64,000 nucleotides of DNA from Gemmatimonadales bacterium (GCA_965249575.1 OZ252244.1:2848001-2912000); one strand, 5' to 3'; shown: positions 39,786-49,291, counted from the first letter of the stretch. The notes: generated by a model from the sequence alone, not told the origin. Made by a program: numbers and translations.

Positions 39786-40373
39786 TTATCGCTCGCGGCT
39801 GCACGATGCCTCAAGGTCCGCTCCCCGGAGCAGCCGGCAGATCGCCATCGTTCGGCTTGGCGTGTCGGTGACGATGAGGCTGTTCGTGGCTGAATCCGCC
39901 GTGATACGCCCCCGAGCGGACAGAACGGACTGCAGCGCGGTGGCCAGCGCGGGGGCTCGAGCCCAGTTCAGTCGTATGAGCGTTGTGTGTAGCGGCCCGA
40001 TCGAGCCACGCGCGGACAACGCTGCGCTGCTATAAACCCGGATAATGCCGGGCACAGATTCCAATGCCGAAAGGCCCTGCGCCTCCAGGATGGCCTCCAG
40101 GGCGACGTCCCACGGCTGATCGGTGATTTCGGCGGTGACTGAGCCGTCAAGCCCGGCGCCAAGCACAATCGTCTTACCGCTCAAAACGGCGAAGGCTGCC
40201 AGGACGTCGGCCAGTGGGGCGGAGTCCCACGTCGTCGCAACGAGGGGTCGATCGGCGGCGATGAGCCCCTGCGCCTGGAGTGTGGCGTGAGGCCACAATG
40301 CGCCCACGAACGCGGCGGACATCAGCCACCGCGAGTGGTGTCGGTGCCGTCGACGAGATCCCGGCCGGGTCAT
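39786..40373 (-). CDS. Secretin N-terminal domains only (STN/N0 plus one N domain, PilQ-like), no barrel
   Basis: Signal peptide; APLADVL...VTAEITDQPWDVALEAIL; LNWARA...RGRITADSATNSLIVTD, then stop. Confidence 0.75.
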   Translation of the reverse strand: MTRPGSRRRHRHHSRWLMSAAFVGALWPHATLQAQGLIAADRPLVATTWDSAPLADVLAAFAVLSGKTIVLGAGLDGSVTAEITDQPWDVALEAILEAQGLSALESVPGIIRVYSSAALSARGSIGPLHTTLIRLNWARAPALATALQSVLSARGRITADSATNSLIVTDTPSRTMAICRLLRGADLEASCSRER

Positions 40374-40442
40374 AGGTATCTCAATTGTAGCGAGTCGGAC
40401 AACCGGTGACGCCTGGCACCCGACCTGACTCGGACGCCGGTT

Positions 40443-43112
40443 TCAATCCCCGGATACGGGTGATTCCGCAACGTCCTCCTGTTCCGGGTCCTCCACCGCG
40501 GCACGCACTCGGGTGGCAATGGTGCGCTCTTCCCGGAGCATGTCGATGAGCGCCTCCGCCTGCTTGGCCTGGTAGCTCAGCGTGCCTGCCTTTTCGACGA
40601 CGTGATCCACAAGCGCTTTCTGACCCTGCAACGTCTCGAGACTCGATCGGACGTCGATGTGTAGCGCCTCAACACGAGCGAGCCGCTTTTCGGCGCTGTC
40701 GACCTGCTGCTTCCTCCCCTCGATTGCCCGCGCCGCCTCCTGCGCTTCACGAAGTCTGTCTTGCGTACTGCCGAGCAGCGTACGGGCGTCCTCGATGTCT
40801 TCCTTGGCTGCCGTGATCGATCGGACATCCTCGACGGTCCGCTCGGCCATATCAAACAGCTGCTTGATCTCACTTTGTAGCGCGTCGATGGCAGACCGGC
40901 GCGCGAGGACCTGTTCGAGGGCCTGCCCGACCTCGGCTTCAGCGGTTTCCCACTGGGCGAGCTGCTCCTCGAACTGAGTCATGCGCTGCTCTACGAATCG
41001 CAGGCTGGAACCGCGGTCCTCAAGCTCTCTAGAGAGGCCGTCGAGTCGGTTCGCGCGCTCCTCTGCTCCCGTCAACGCCGTCGAGAGCCTACGGCTCTGC
41101 TCTTCGAGTCGGTGAGCAGCGTCTGCCGCCTCCTGCCGCAGTCCGGAAGCCTGCTTGAGGTGTGCCGAGGCCTGCTCCAGGGCCCCTTGTCGCTGCTCGA
41201 GTTCCTGACCGAGCTGGCGCGTCCGCTCCGCGAGCGTCTCCAGGTTCTTGGATCGGGACTCGAGGGTCGCGATCTCGGTGGAAATCTCCCCGATTCGTCC
41301 CTCGGCTCCGTCCGCCGAGCTTGCCACGGTAGCGATTTGACGGGATATGCGCTCGGCCTCCTCGGCCTGTGTGGTGAGACTTGCCAGGCCGCCCTCCGCC
41401 CCTTCGATGCGGATTTTCAGTGCGTCGCAGCGCGCGTCGAACTCGCCGTTCTGCGTCGCGAGTTGTGCCATCCGGTCCTGCACGTCATCCACCAACTCAC
41501 GGCGTGACTCGATGGCGGACATCGACTCGTTGACTCTCTCCACCTCTCGGCGAACGAAGTCCACCGTCGGTTTCATCCCGTTGAGCTCCTTGACCTGATC
41601 TCGGAGCGACCGGGCCCACACGTCCGCGTTCGCAAGCCACGCCTCGGTTTCGGCATGGCTTTCACGGAGCTTCGTCATCTCCCCGTAGGCCAGCCGAACC
41701 TGCTCGAGACCGTCTCGAACGGCCTCGTCGCTCCGCCTCAGGCCCGACAGGTTCTGGACTGCCGCGTCGATGGTCGGCTGAGACTCCTCGATCCGACCCA
41801 CCCTCAGAGCAATGCCGTCGACGGTCTGCTCGAGCCGCTCGGCCTCGGCTCGCACCGCGCGGACCCGCGCGGCGTCCTCTTCCAGACGGCTCACGTCCTG
41901 GGCTACTGCACTCACCTGCGACGACAGGCTCTGCGCCCGCGATTCGAGCTCCTCAGCGATCTGGGATGATGCGCTCATGGAGCCAAAACGTCTTTCGCAA
42001 TCGGCGAGCGTGCTACGGAGGTCGAGAACCAGCTGGTTTACGGATTCGAGTGCTCGGTTCTCCAAATCGAAACGCTCGACGCTCCGGTCCAGCTCCTTCC
42101 TGAGCTCCGCCAGCCGCCCCCGAGCCGCCCGCTCATGCTCGTCGATCTCCCGCTGGCGCGCTGCAACCTCGTCCGAGCGGGCCAGCACGGCGGTCTGGGG
42201 CTCCCGAGCGTCGGCTAGTTTCTGCTGCATGGCGCTCAAACTCTGCGCGCTGTCTTCTTGTTTTCTGAGCGCCGCGTCGACTTGACGCATCTGCTCCGTA
42301 AGATTCGATGCCTGACCGGCGACGCGGTCCACCATCTCGCGTTGCTGTTCCAGCCCAGCGACCTTCTGCGTCACCTGGTCCGCGAGAGCCTTGAGGACGC
42401 CGATCTGGTGCTTCGCACCGGCCGCGCTCTCCGCCGTCTGGGTCAGCCCCGACAACGCTCCCTCCATTGTTCCAATGCGGGCCTGTGCTTCTTCGATGGA
42501 GCGGAACGACGCCTGACTCGCGGCCTCGAATGCCTCGAGCCGGGATGTTGCCTGTTTTTGCGCACCCATTACCTCGGCCTGTTGTTCCCTCACGCGGCCG
42601 AGTCCGTCACCCACCTCGCGAACCTGGCCCGAAATGCTGTCCGCCTCAGCCCGAAGTTCCTTTAGCGGGCCTTCGACATTGAGAAAGGACGAAAGCTCGT
42701 CTTTCAGGGCAAAGGCCGCGTCCAACTTGTCGCTCAATGCCGCCATCTGAGATTGAATCCTCTCAGCGTCCTCCGCCGAATGTGCGAGCTGGGCCTCGGT
42801 GCGTTTCTGGGATTTTGCGAGGCGATCCGCCTCCTCCTGGGTCGTTGCGATCAGGGGGCGGACGCCGTCGAGCGCGCTGAGCTGTTTCTCGAGGCCCTCT
42901 ACACGATCTACGAGCGACGACACGGCCCTCGCGGATTGAGTGATTGGTGCCGAGAGTCTCTTGAGGTCTTCCCCCGCTCCCTCGGCCCGCGTCACCAGCG
43001 TCTCCAACGCCCCACGTTGCTGCTCGACGCGTTTGACCATCGTCTCGATTTCTTCGATACGGCTGTCCGAAGCCGAGCCGTTGCGGCGCAGGCTTTTCAG
43101 GAACTCGACCAT
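40443..43112 (-). CDS. 889-aa almost entirely coiled-coil protein
   Basis: GAGG RBS; E/Q/A/L/R-rich heptads throughout; no Walker A, TM or signal peptide. Confidence 0.85.
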   Translation of the reverse strand: MVEFLKSLRRNGSASDSRIEEIETMVKRVEQQRGALETLVTRAEGAGEDLKRLSAPITQSARAVSSLVDRVEGLEKQLSALDGVRPLIATTQEEADRLAKSQKRTEAQLAHSAEDAERIQSQMAALSDKLDAAFALKDELSSFLNVEGPLKELRAEADSISGQVREVGDGLGRVREQQAEVMGAQKQATSRLEAFEAASQASFRSIEEAQARIGTMEGALSGLTQTAESAAGAKHQIGVLKALADQVTQKVAGLEQQREMVDRVAGQASNLTEQMRQVDAALRKQEDSAQSLSAMQQKLADAREPQTAVLARSDEVAARQREIDEHERAARGRLAELRKELDRSVERFDLENRALESVNQLVLDLRSTLADCERRFGSMSASSQIAEELESRAQSLSSQVSAVAQDVSRLEEDAARVRAVRAEAERLEQTVDGIALRVGRIEESQPTIDAAVQNLSGLRRSDEAVRDGLEQVRLAYGEMTKLRESHAETEAWLANADVWARSLRDQVKELNGMKPTVDFVRREVERVNESMSAIESRRELVDDVQDRMAQLATQNGEFDARCDALKIRIEGAEGGLASLTTQAEEAERISRQIATVASSADGAEGRIGEISTEIATLESRSKNLETLAERTRQLGQELEQRQGALEQASAHLKQASGLRQEAADAAHRLEEQSRRLSTALTGAEERANRLDGLSRELEDRGSSLRFVEQRMTQFEEQLAQWETAEAEVGQALEQVLARRSAIDALQSEIKQLFDMAERTVEDVRSITAAKEDIEDARTLLGSTQDRLREAQEAARAIEGRKQQVDSAEKRLARVEALHIDVRSSLETLQGQKALVDHVVEKAGTLSYQAKQAEALIDMLREERTIATRVRAAVEDPEQEDVAESPVSGD

Positions 43113-43508
43113 AGGAACCTCACTGGCTGCTCGTTATTCGTTGATGCGATTGACTGGAAGCGCTCGTCCGCGAGTGCCGGACATTTCTCAACGCCTCCTC
43201 TGATTATCGACGGCAGGGAGGCTGCGCTGGAGCTAGTGAATGGCGAGCCTATCGAGCGACGCCCCACCCGGGATGAACATCAGGAGAGGAGGCGGGAGTA
43301 ACCGTGACATAACTCACGATTGGGCCTCGAACTCGTTTTTGGGGCTGAGTCCGCTCGATGGGAGAGCCGGGCAATCCGCTCAAATCTAAGCTGGAACGCT
43401 ACTTGGAGGCCTCAATGTCTGACTCGAACGAGATTCGTGTTGGAGATCTAGCGAGGTGCTTAGAGGGGGTAAATCGTCAGTGAACGGTTCAGATGCCGGA
43501 TGTTCACG

Positions 43509-44576
43509 TCACCCCGGCCCGGCGGCACCCAACAAACAGCAGTCGACGGGACAGACGTCGTGATTGGGGCCCCGCGTCCCGAGTGCCGGGCGCTCAGAAT
43601 TCCTTGTCATCCGCTCGACGATGAGGTCGCGGATCATGCTGACGAACCGCGGGGCGGTACCGACTGTCGGGACTCGCACCATGTTCAGACCCAGCACCTC
43701 CGCCTTTTCCTTCGCCTCCGAATCCAGATCGTACAGCACTTCGATGTGATCCGAGATGAAGCCAATGGGTACGACCAGCACGTCGGTGACCCCGCGCCCA
43801 CGTGCTTCGTCCAGGAAGTTCAGAATATCGGGCTCCAACCAGGGGATCTGGGGCGGGCCGCTCCGGCTCTGGTAGGCCAGTGCATGGTCCCTCGATCCGG
43901 CGCCCGCGGCCACCAGGGCGCACGCGTCGGCGAGTTGTGCCTCGTAGTCACAGGCCTGGGCCATGGCCTGCGGGACGCTATGCGCCGTAAACGCGACCAG
44001 CGCGCCGGCGCGGCGGCTGTCGGGAATGCGCTGCAGGGCATTCGTCAGGTTTAGGACGTTCGGCTCGATGAAACCGGGGTGATTGTAGAAACACCGGATT
44101 TTGTCGATTTCCGGTGCTCCCTCTCCCACTTCGCCCTGGGCCTTGAGGATGTCCTCGCGGTACTGCCGACACCCGGAGTAGACGCTAAACGCGGATGTCA
44201 CGAACGCGATTGCACGGCGCACGCCGTCGTCGCGCATGTTACGCAGCGTGTCGGCTACCAATGGATGCCAGTTTCGGTTGCCGAAGTACACGGGCAGATC
44301 CGGCCCCCGAGACTCGAGCTCCACCCGCAGGGCTCGGCACAGAGCACGGTTCTGCTCGTTGAGGGGGCTCACCCCCCCGAAGCGTTCGTAGTGTCGCGCA
44401 ACCTCGGTGAGACGTTCCCGGGGGACTCGCCGGCCCCTCACCACGTTCTCGAGAAAAGGCATGACGTCGTCCGTTCCCTCAGGTCCTCCGAACGACATCA
44501 CGAGCACCGCGTCGTACTCACGGGTTTCGTCGTCGAACTTCGGAGCATCGGGTCGGGGCGCGCCGGAGATCGTCAT
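43509..44576 (-). CDS. hemH: Ferrochelatase
   Basis: SFGGPE, GGVSP, GNRNWHP, FTAHSVP, YQSRSG, WLEPD, GFISDHIEVLYDLD. Confidence 0.95.
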   Translation of the reverse strand: MTISGAPRPDAPKFDDETREYDAVLVMSFGGPEGTDDVMPFLENVVRGRRVPRERLTEVARHYERFGGVSPLNEQNRALCRALRVELESRGPDLPVYFGNRNWHPLVADTLRNMRDDGVRRAIAFVTSAFSVYSGCRQYREDILKAQGEVGEGAPEIDKIRCFYNHPGFIEPNVLNLTNALQRIPDSRRAGALVAFTAHSVPQAMAQACDYEAQLADACALVAAGAGSRDHALAYQSRSGPPQIPWLEPDILNFLDEARGRGVTDVLVVPIGFISDHIEVLYDLDSEAKEKAEVLGLNMVRVPTVGTAPRFVSMIRDLIVERMTRNSERPALGTRGPNHDVCPVDCCLLGAAGPG

Positions 44577-44732
44577 GGTCCTACCGTTTCCCAATCAAGC
44601 GCTCAAGTCCGCTTGGACGTGGAACGGACGATGATGAGACTGTAAGATAATCAGAGCCGAGGCATAGCCGCCGTTGACTTGAACGATGCGGAAGACCACT
44701 CTATTCCCCCACCCAATCCAGTGGAGCCACCC

Positions 44733-46106
44733 ATGCGACTCGCAGCGAGCTCAGTCTGTGCCATTGCCGTGAGCGTGGCCATATCGCTCCCCGCCGAATC
44801 CCAGGAGCGGGTGACGGCGATCAAAGCTCGCCAGATCATCGACGGAACAGGCGGCCCGCCGATCGCAGACGGTATCGTGATCGTTCGGGGTGACCGCATC
44901 GAGTCGGTGGGTACGGCCGCATCCATCAGTGTGCCATCCGGCGCCGACGTCGTGGACTTGGGCGCGGAGACCCTCCTGCCGGGGCTCATCGATACGCACG
45001 GCCATTTGAGCTTGCGTTTTGGGCTGCCGGGCCTGGGGTTGGGGGCGCAACAGTCTCAGGCGGACGGAATCCAGATGTTGCGCATGGTTCGGGACGCGCG
45101 GGTCGCCCTCCTGTGCGGAGTGACGACTATGCGCATGACGGGGGAATCTCACTGGAACGATCTCCACATCAAGCAAGCAATCGAGCGCGGTGTGGTGCCG
45201 GGACCTCGCATGATTTTGGGTGGGGCCGGAATCAGCTCGACTGGCGGCCACGGCTCGCCCGAGGCTTGGGTCGATGGTCCGTGGGAAGCGGTCAAGCAGG
45301 TTCGGGAGCATTTCGCCGGGGGGGCCGAGTGGTTCAAGGTGCGGTTGATCGACCGCACGCCGGAAGCCACGCTGTTCACCTTGGAAGAGCTGACGGCCGT
45401 CGTTGACGAAGCACACCGCTTGGGCATCAAGGTCACGGCACACGCAACGGGTCGCTGGGGCTCCTCCATCCGAACGGCGATCCAGGCCGGGGTGGACAAC
45501 ATCGAGCACGCCCGGCCTATGAGCGAAGAGATCATCCAAATGATGGTCGAGCACGGAACGACCGTGAGCCTCACGCCACTCGTGTACGTGGGGTTCCGGC
45601 CGGACGCGACGACATGGACCTACATGGACCAGGGTGCGACTGGCCCCGCCGACTGGATCGAATACGGGCGCAAGCAATTCTTCGATTTCAGACGCGCGCA
45701 TCCCGAAATCGAGGCGGAAGACCGGCCCTACGTGAGTGCGGACCCAACGCGCGCCGGGCGTGACTTCTTCCCCTCCATCCAAACCCAGCAAGGCCAGGCG
45801 TTGGCCGCTCATCGCGCCGGGGTGCGGGCGAGCCTCGGCCTCGACACCGTGTACTACGGAGCGATTGGCAACGTGATCGAGTTCTTCATCGAGGGTGGTT
45901 TCTCTCCGATGGACGCGATCCGAGCCGCCACGGCAGTCGCGGCCGAGAACATTGGATATGGGGATCGAATCGGTACGATCGAATCTGGAAAGTTCGCCGA
46001 CTTGATTTCGTTGCGTGCGGATCCCCTCACCGAACGGTGGGCTTGGGGGAAAGTGCATCTCGTGATGAAGAACGGGCAGCGGTACGACGGACTGACCTGG
46101 AACTGA
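44733..46106 (+). CDS. Secreted metal-dependent amidohydrolase
   Basis: Signal peptide; PGLIDTHGH, WFK, TAHA, IEH, GLD, GTIESGKFADL. Confidence 0.9.
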   Translation: MRLAASSVCAIAVSVAISLPAESQERVTAIKARQIIDGTGGPPIADGIVIVRGDRIESVGTAASISVPSGADVVDLGAETLLPGLIDTHGHLSLRFGLPGLGLGAQQSQADGIQMLRMVRDARVALLCGVTTMRMTGESHWNDLHIKQAIERGVVPGPRMILGGAGISSTGGHGSPEAWVDGPWEAVKQVREHFAGGAEWFKVRLIDRTPEATLFTLEELTAVVDEAHRLGIKVTAHATGRWGSSIRTAIQAGVDNIEHARPMSEEIIQMMVEHGTTVSLTPLVYVGFRPDATTWTYMDQGATGPADWIEYGRKQFFDFRRAHPEIEAEDRPYVSADPTRAGRDFFPSIQTQQGQALAAHRAGVRASLGLDTVYYGAIGNVIEFFIEGGFSPMDAIRAATAVAAENIGYGDRIGTIESGKFADLISLRADPLTERWAWGKVHLVMKNGQRYDGLTWN

Positions 46107-46492
46107 GACGCGGCGGTGCCCTAGAGGCGCTTCGAGGGTAGACGGAGCGCACGCACCGGCGCTGGCCGGTCGTGGTTGGTACCGCCACCAAGCTGCCCGT
46201 TGTAGTTGGCGGGCACTGGTAGCTGGTATCGTCGTCTGCTGGGCCGGCGCTGACGGCGATGAAAGGCACACCGACGGTAACCTCCTGCGGTCGGTCGCGA
46301 TTCACCGATCGACCGATCTGCCCTAAATCGCCGCGCCCCCAGCAGAGCGCGCCCCCGTTCTGGGTGAGGCCGCAGGTGTGAGCCCCGCCGGCACGGATCC
46401 TCCGGAACCCGATGCCGCCGGATACGGAGTGGGAGACGGCTGTGGTCCCCGGGGATATCGACGCCGAGCTGCCCGCGTGTGTTTGCCCCAGC

Positions 46493-47974
46493 CTACCCGT
46501 ACACGAAGCGTTCGATTTCGCCGTGAATTCGCTGGACGGTTGCCGGTGACGGCGGCCGGGTGAACCGTGAAGTGACGAACGCGACGAGCAGGTTGAGCGC
46601 TACCGCCCAAACGCCACCGTGCAGCCCGAGGGGGTGTGGTGCGAGCACCAGCGTGGCGTGCAGGGTCAGCAGGCCGGTTCCGATCCCGGCGAGCACGCCC
46701 GTCCGAGTGAAGAGGTAGCGGCTCGGAAAGCACACACCCGCAATGGCCGGGCCGAGCTGCAGCGCGCCGGCTCCCGAAAGGGTCACGAGGACCACGAGGA
46801 AATCGAAGGTCGTCACGGAGAGGACATAACCTACGACGAGCAGCCCGACGACGATCATTCGGCCCACCGAGATGAGTTGGGCCTGGGTTGCCCCCGGGGA
46901 GACATACCGCTGGTACACGTCGCGGGTCAGGACGGTCATGTTGGCGTGGAGGATCGAGTCCAGGGTCGACATCGCGGCCGCCGTGGCGCCCGCCAGGATC
47001 ATCCCGGTCAGCCAGGGCGGCGCGTGCGCGAACAGAAGCTCCGGGAAGACGCGGTCTGGGATGGCTAGCCCGGGCATGACCACCGCGCCGCCGAGACCGA
47101 CTAGAGCGGCCGGCATGTACAGGGTGAGGAGATAGATGGGTGTCGTGACCCCTAGCCACTTGATCGTTCGGGCCGAGGCGGCGGAGTAGTAGCGAATCAT
47201 GATGTGTGGCTGAAAGACGATCCCGAACGACAGGACGATCGACAGGCCAAACCACATGCCGGGAGTGAAGAATCCGCGCGGGCCGGGTAGCGTGAGCAGG
47301 TCCGGCCGCCGGGCTGCGACGCTTCTCCAGAGTTCGAGAGGGCCTCCGAAAAGCTCATAGGCCAGTACGAGCGCTCCTACCCAGATCGCCACGTACATCC
47401 AGACTCCCTGGACGGCGTCCGTCCAGTAGACGGCTCGGAGGCCGCCAGCCATGAGGTATGCCGCGGCCACCACCAGCAGGATGAACGTCGCGAGCTCGAA
47501 CGAAACACGTTCTCCCGACGCCACCGAGAGTATGTATCCCAACCCCTGAGCCTGCACCTGGATGTAGAGGATGGTGAACAGCACCGACACCACGGCAACC
47601 GTCACCCGTACGGCTTCACTCTCGTAGAAATCAGCGAGCATGTCGGCGGGGGTGATGTACCGAAAGCGCTTCCCGAGCGCCCAAACCCGCCCACCGAGCA
47701 CGTAGGTGATCGCGCCAACGAGGATCGTCCATGTGCCAGCGTCCCAAAAACCAATGCCGTGGGTGTAGAAGAACCCACTTGAGCCCAAAAAGGCGAATGC
47801 CGAGTGGTAAGTCGCGACGAGGGTGAGGTAGGGAATGACGCCGCCGCCGGCGCGGTTGCCGAGAAAGAAGTCCTCCAGGCTCGGTGTCAGCCGGCGGTTG
47901 GCGACGACCCCGATGCACAACGTCAAGATCAGGTACGCGAAGATTGTACCGGTTGCGACGATCCAAGGCGCCAC
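46493..47974 (-). CDS. Sodium:solute symporter family protein
   Basis: About 13 TM helices; SAFAFLG, GGLRAVYWTDAVQG, AAAMSTLDS. Confidence 0.93.
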   Translation of the reverse strand: MAPWIVATGTIFAYLILTLCIGVVANRRLTPSLEDFFLGNRAGGGVIPYLTLVATYHSAFAFLGSSGFFYTHGIGFWDAGTWTILVGAITYVLGGRVWALGKRFRYITPADMLADFYESEAVRVTVAVVSVLFTILYIQVQAQGLGYILSVASGERVSFELATFILLVVAAAYLMAGGLRAVYWTDAVQGVWMYVAIWVGALVLAYELFGGPLELWRSVAARRPDLLTLPGPRGFFTPGMWFGLSIVLSFGIVFQPHIMIRYYSAASARTIKWLGVTTPIYLLTLYMPAALVGLGGAVVMPGLAIPDRVFPELLFAHAPPWLTGMILAGATAAAMSTLDSILHANMTVLTRDVYQRYVSPGATQAQLISVGRMIVVGLLVVGYVLSVTTFDFLVVLVTLSGAGALQLGPAIAGVCFPSRYLFTRTGVLAGIGTGLLTLHATLVLAPHPLGLHGGVWAVALNLLVAFVTSRFTRPPSPATVQRIHGEIERFVYG

Positions 47975-47975
47975 G

Positions 47976-48230
47976 CTAACGATCCCGGCGCCAGGCCCAG
48001 ATCAAGGTGGCAATCAGGGCGCCGTAGACCACGAGCAGGTATGCGTAGAGAAACGGGAACCCGAATACCCATGGCTCGATGCGGTTCGCGAGTCGGTGGA
48101 CGATAGGCGGTTCCGCCAACGCCAAAATGCTGAGGAACAGCCCCACCCCCAGACGCCCACGAGCGGTCCGCGGAATGTAGTGCGAGCGAAACGTGGGCCG
48201 GTCGTCGACCCTCCCCGGCGTTGAGCTCAT
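47976..48230 (-). CDS. Small 2-TM SSS accessory protein (DUF3311-like)
   Basis: ANRIEPWVFGFPFLYAY, directly upstream of the SSS gene. Confidence 0.8.
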   Translation of the reverse strand: MSSTPGRVDDRPTFRSHYIPRTARGRLGVGLFLSILALAEPPIVHRLANRIEPWVFGFPFLYAYLLVVYGALIATLIWAWRRDR

Positions 48231-48904
48231 TGACGGTTGGCGGAGCGTCCGACTCGGTGCATGGCGTCCCAGAACATCTTCTCGTAGGCCTGAATCAGTC
48301 GGGAGCCCCGCTCGATGAGCCGCGGTTCGACCCCGTCGTCCAGCCCCGCTTGAATGATCTCGAGGGCGGCAGACTCGAACGAAGGCATTTGGACGAACGC
48401 ACCGAGGAAAGCGGAGTCGCTCTTAGTGAAGCCGTGGCGCTCCTTGAGCGCTCGGCTCAGTCGCCCGCAGTTGAATCCCCACGCGTCGAAGTTCACCAGG
48501 AGGCCGCAAGTGACCTCGGCGGCCGAGGCGTAGGCCGACTGCCACGTGACATACGCGGCGTAGGCGAACCCGTCGGGGGTGACCTCATAGGTGTGAAGGT
48601 CGGCCGGATCCATCCCGATCCGCTGTCCGAGCTTTTGCACATTGTCGAGGGCGGCTAGCTCCCCCTGGAGGACCCCCGCGAAAAAATCTCTCGCGGACGT
48701 ATGACCAAATCGTTGAACCAGCAACGCGAAGGCCCTCAGGTCGCTCGTCACCACGTGGTGCTGGTGTCCCGGGAACGCCCTGAGGCCGTCCAGAGTGATT
48801 TCTCCACTTGCGACGGCATCGGGATAGGGGTGCCGGCGGATGTCCCGCTCCGGTCCCTCGAGAGTTCGGCGAATCTCGGTCACAACCCTTTGGGCGTCCG
48901 GCAT
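48227..48904 (-). CDS. TenA/THI-4 family protein
   Basis: HPY, YAAY, GLLVNFDAWG, YEKMFWD; ATGA-coupled to the next gene. Confidence 0.82.
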   Translation of the reverse strand: MPDAQRVVTEIRRTLEGPERDIRRHPYPDAVASGEITLDGLRAFPGHQHHVVTSDLRAFALLVQRFGHTSARDFFAGVLQGELAALDNVQKLGQRIGMDPADLHTYEVTPDGFAYAAYVTWQSAYASAAEVTCGLLVNFDAWGFNCGRLSRALKERHGFTKSDSAFLGAFVQMPSFESAALEIIQAGLDDGVEPRLIERGSRLIQAYEKMFWDAMHRVGRSANRQ

Positions 48905-49081
48905 CTTACGACCCTCATCTAGGAGAAGCGAACTGGCGGAGATGGGTTGTCTTCCCGTTACCGAACTCACGACATCGCGCCGGAGGCCGGCCGGATCGCC
49001 GTCTTGCCTTGGCGACTAGGCGCGTAGTACCTTTTGGGCGTTCGCGCCCGATTTATGAACCCTGTGAAAGGAGGTGGTCCA

Positions 49082-49141
49082 TTGTCTGAGTTAACCAGCC
49101 GCAACCTGGTATGGGCAAGCGATCGCCGTACGGGTAACTGA
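49082..49141 (+). CDS. Candidate 19-aa peptide MSELTSRNLVWASDRRTGN
   Basis: TTG start directly after an extended Shine-Dalgarno; TGA at 49139-49141. Confidence 0.4.
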   Translation: MSELTSRNLVWASDRRTGN

Positions 49142-49210
49142 TCCGGACCGATTCGCAAATTGCGCCGGCTGATGCCTAGAGGCAATCGTGCCGGGTTGCG
49201 ATGGTCACAA

Positions 49211-49255
49211 GGACGACGCTGTCGGATGTTCGGTTCCGGCAGCGTCGTTCTCTTT
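49211..49255 (+). terminator. Intrinsic terminator-like hairpin
   Basis: GGACGACGCTGTCGGA / TCCGGCAGCGTCGTTC, 16 bp including two G-U pairs, followed by TCTTT. Confidence 0.65.
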
Positions 49256-49291
49256 CCGGTATAGCGGTCCGTTGGAAGGTGCTTAAACGAG

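Larger units (their letters stand above)
49036..49255 (+). ncRNA. Candidate structured small RNA / sORF transcript (unassigned family)
   Basis: UUCG hairpin 49036-49049; AAAGGAGGTGGTCCA 49067-49081; stem 49094-49113/49187-49205 with G-U pairs; terminator 49211-49255. Confidence 0.55.

Noticed and set aside
40443..43112. SMC/SbcC ATPase or tape-measure protein
   Set aside because: No Walker A/B or hinge motif and no phage context.
44751..46271. Long antisense or alternate-frame ORFs (also 3295-4905, 173-1429 and the 5' part of 24193-26439)
   Set aside because: Shadows of real genes in high-GC DNA; Arg/Pro/Gly-rich with no recognisable motifs.
49060..49090. 16S rRNA 3'-end fragment on the minus strand
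   Set aside because: Only the 15-mer matches; the flanks lack helix 45 and the rest of the 16S terminal sequence.
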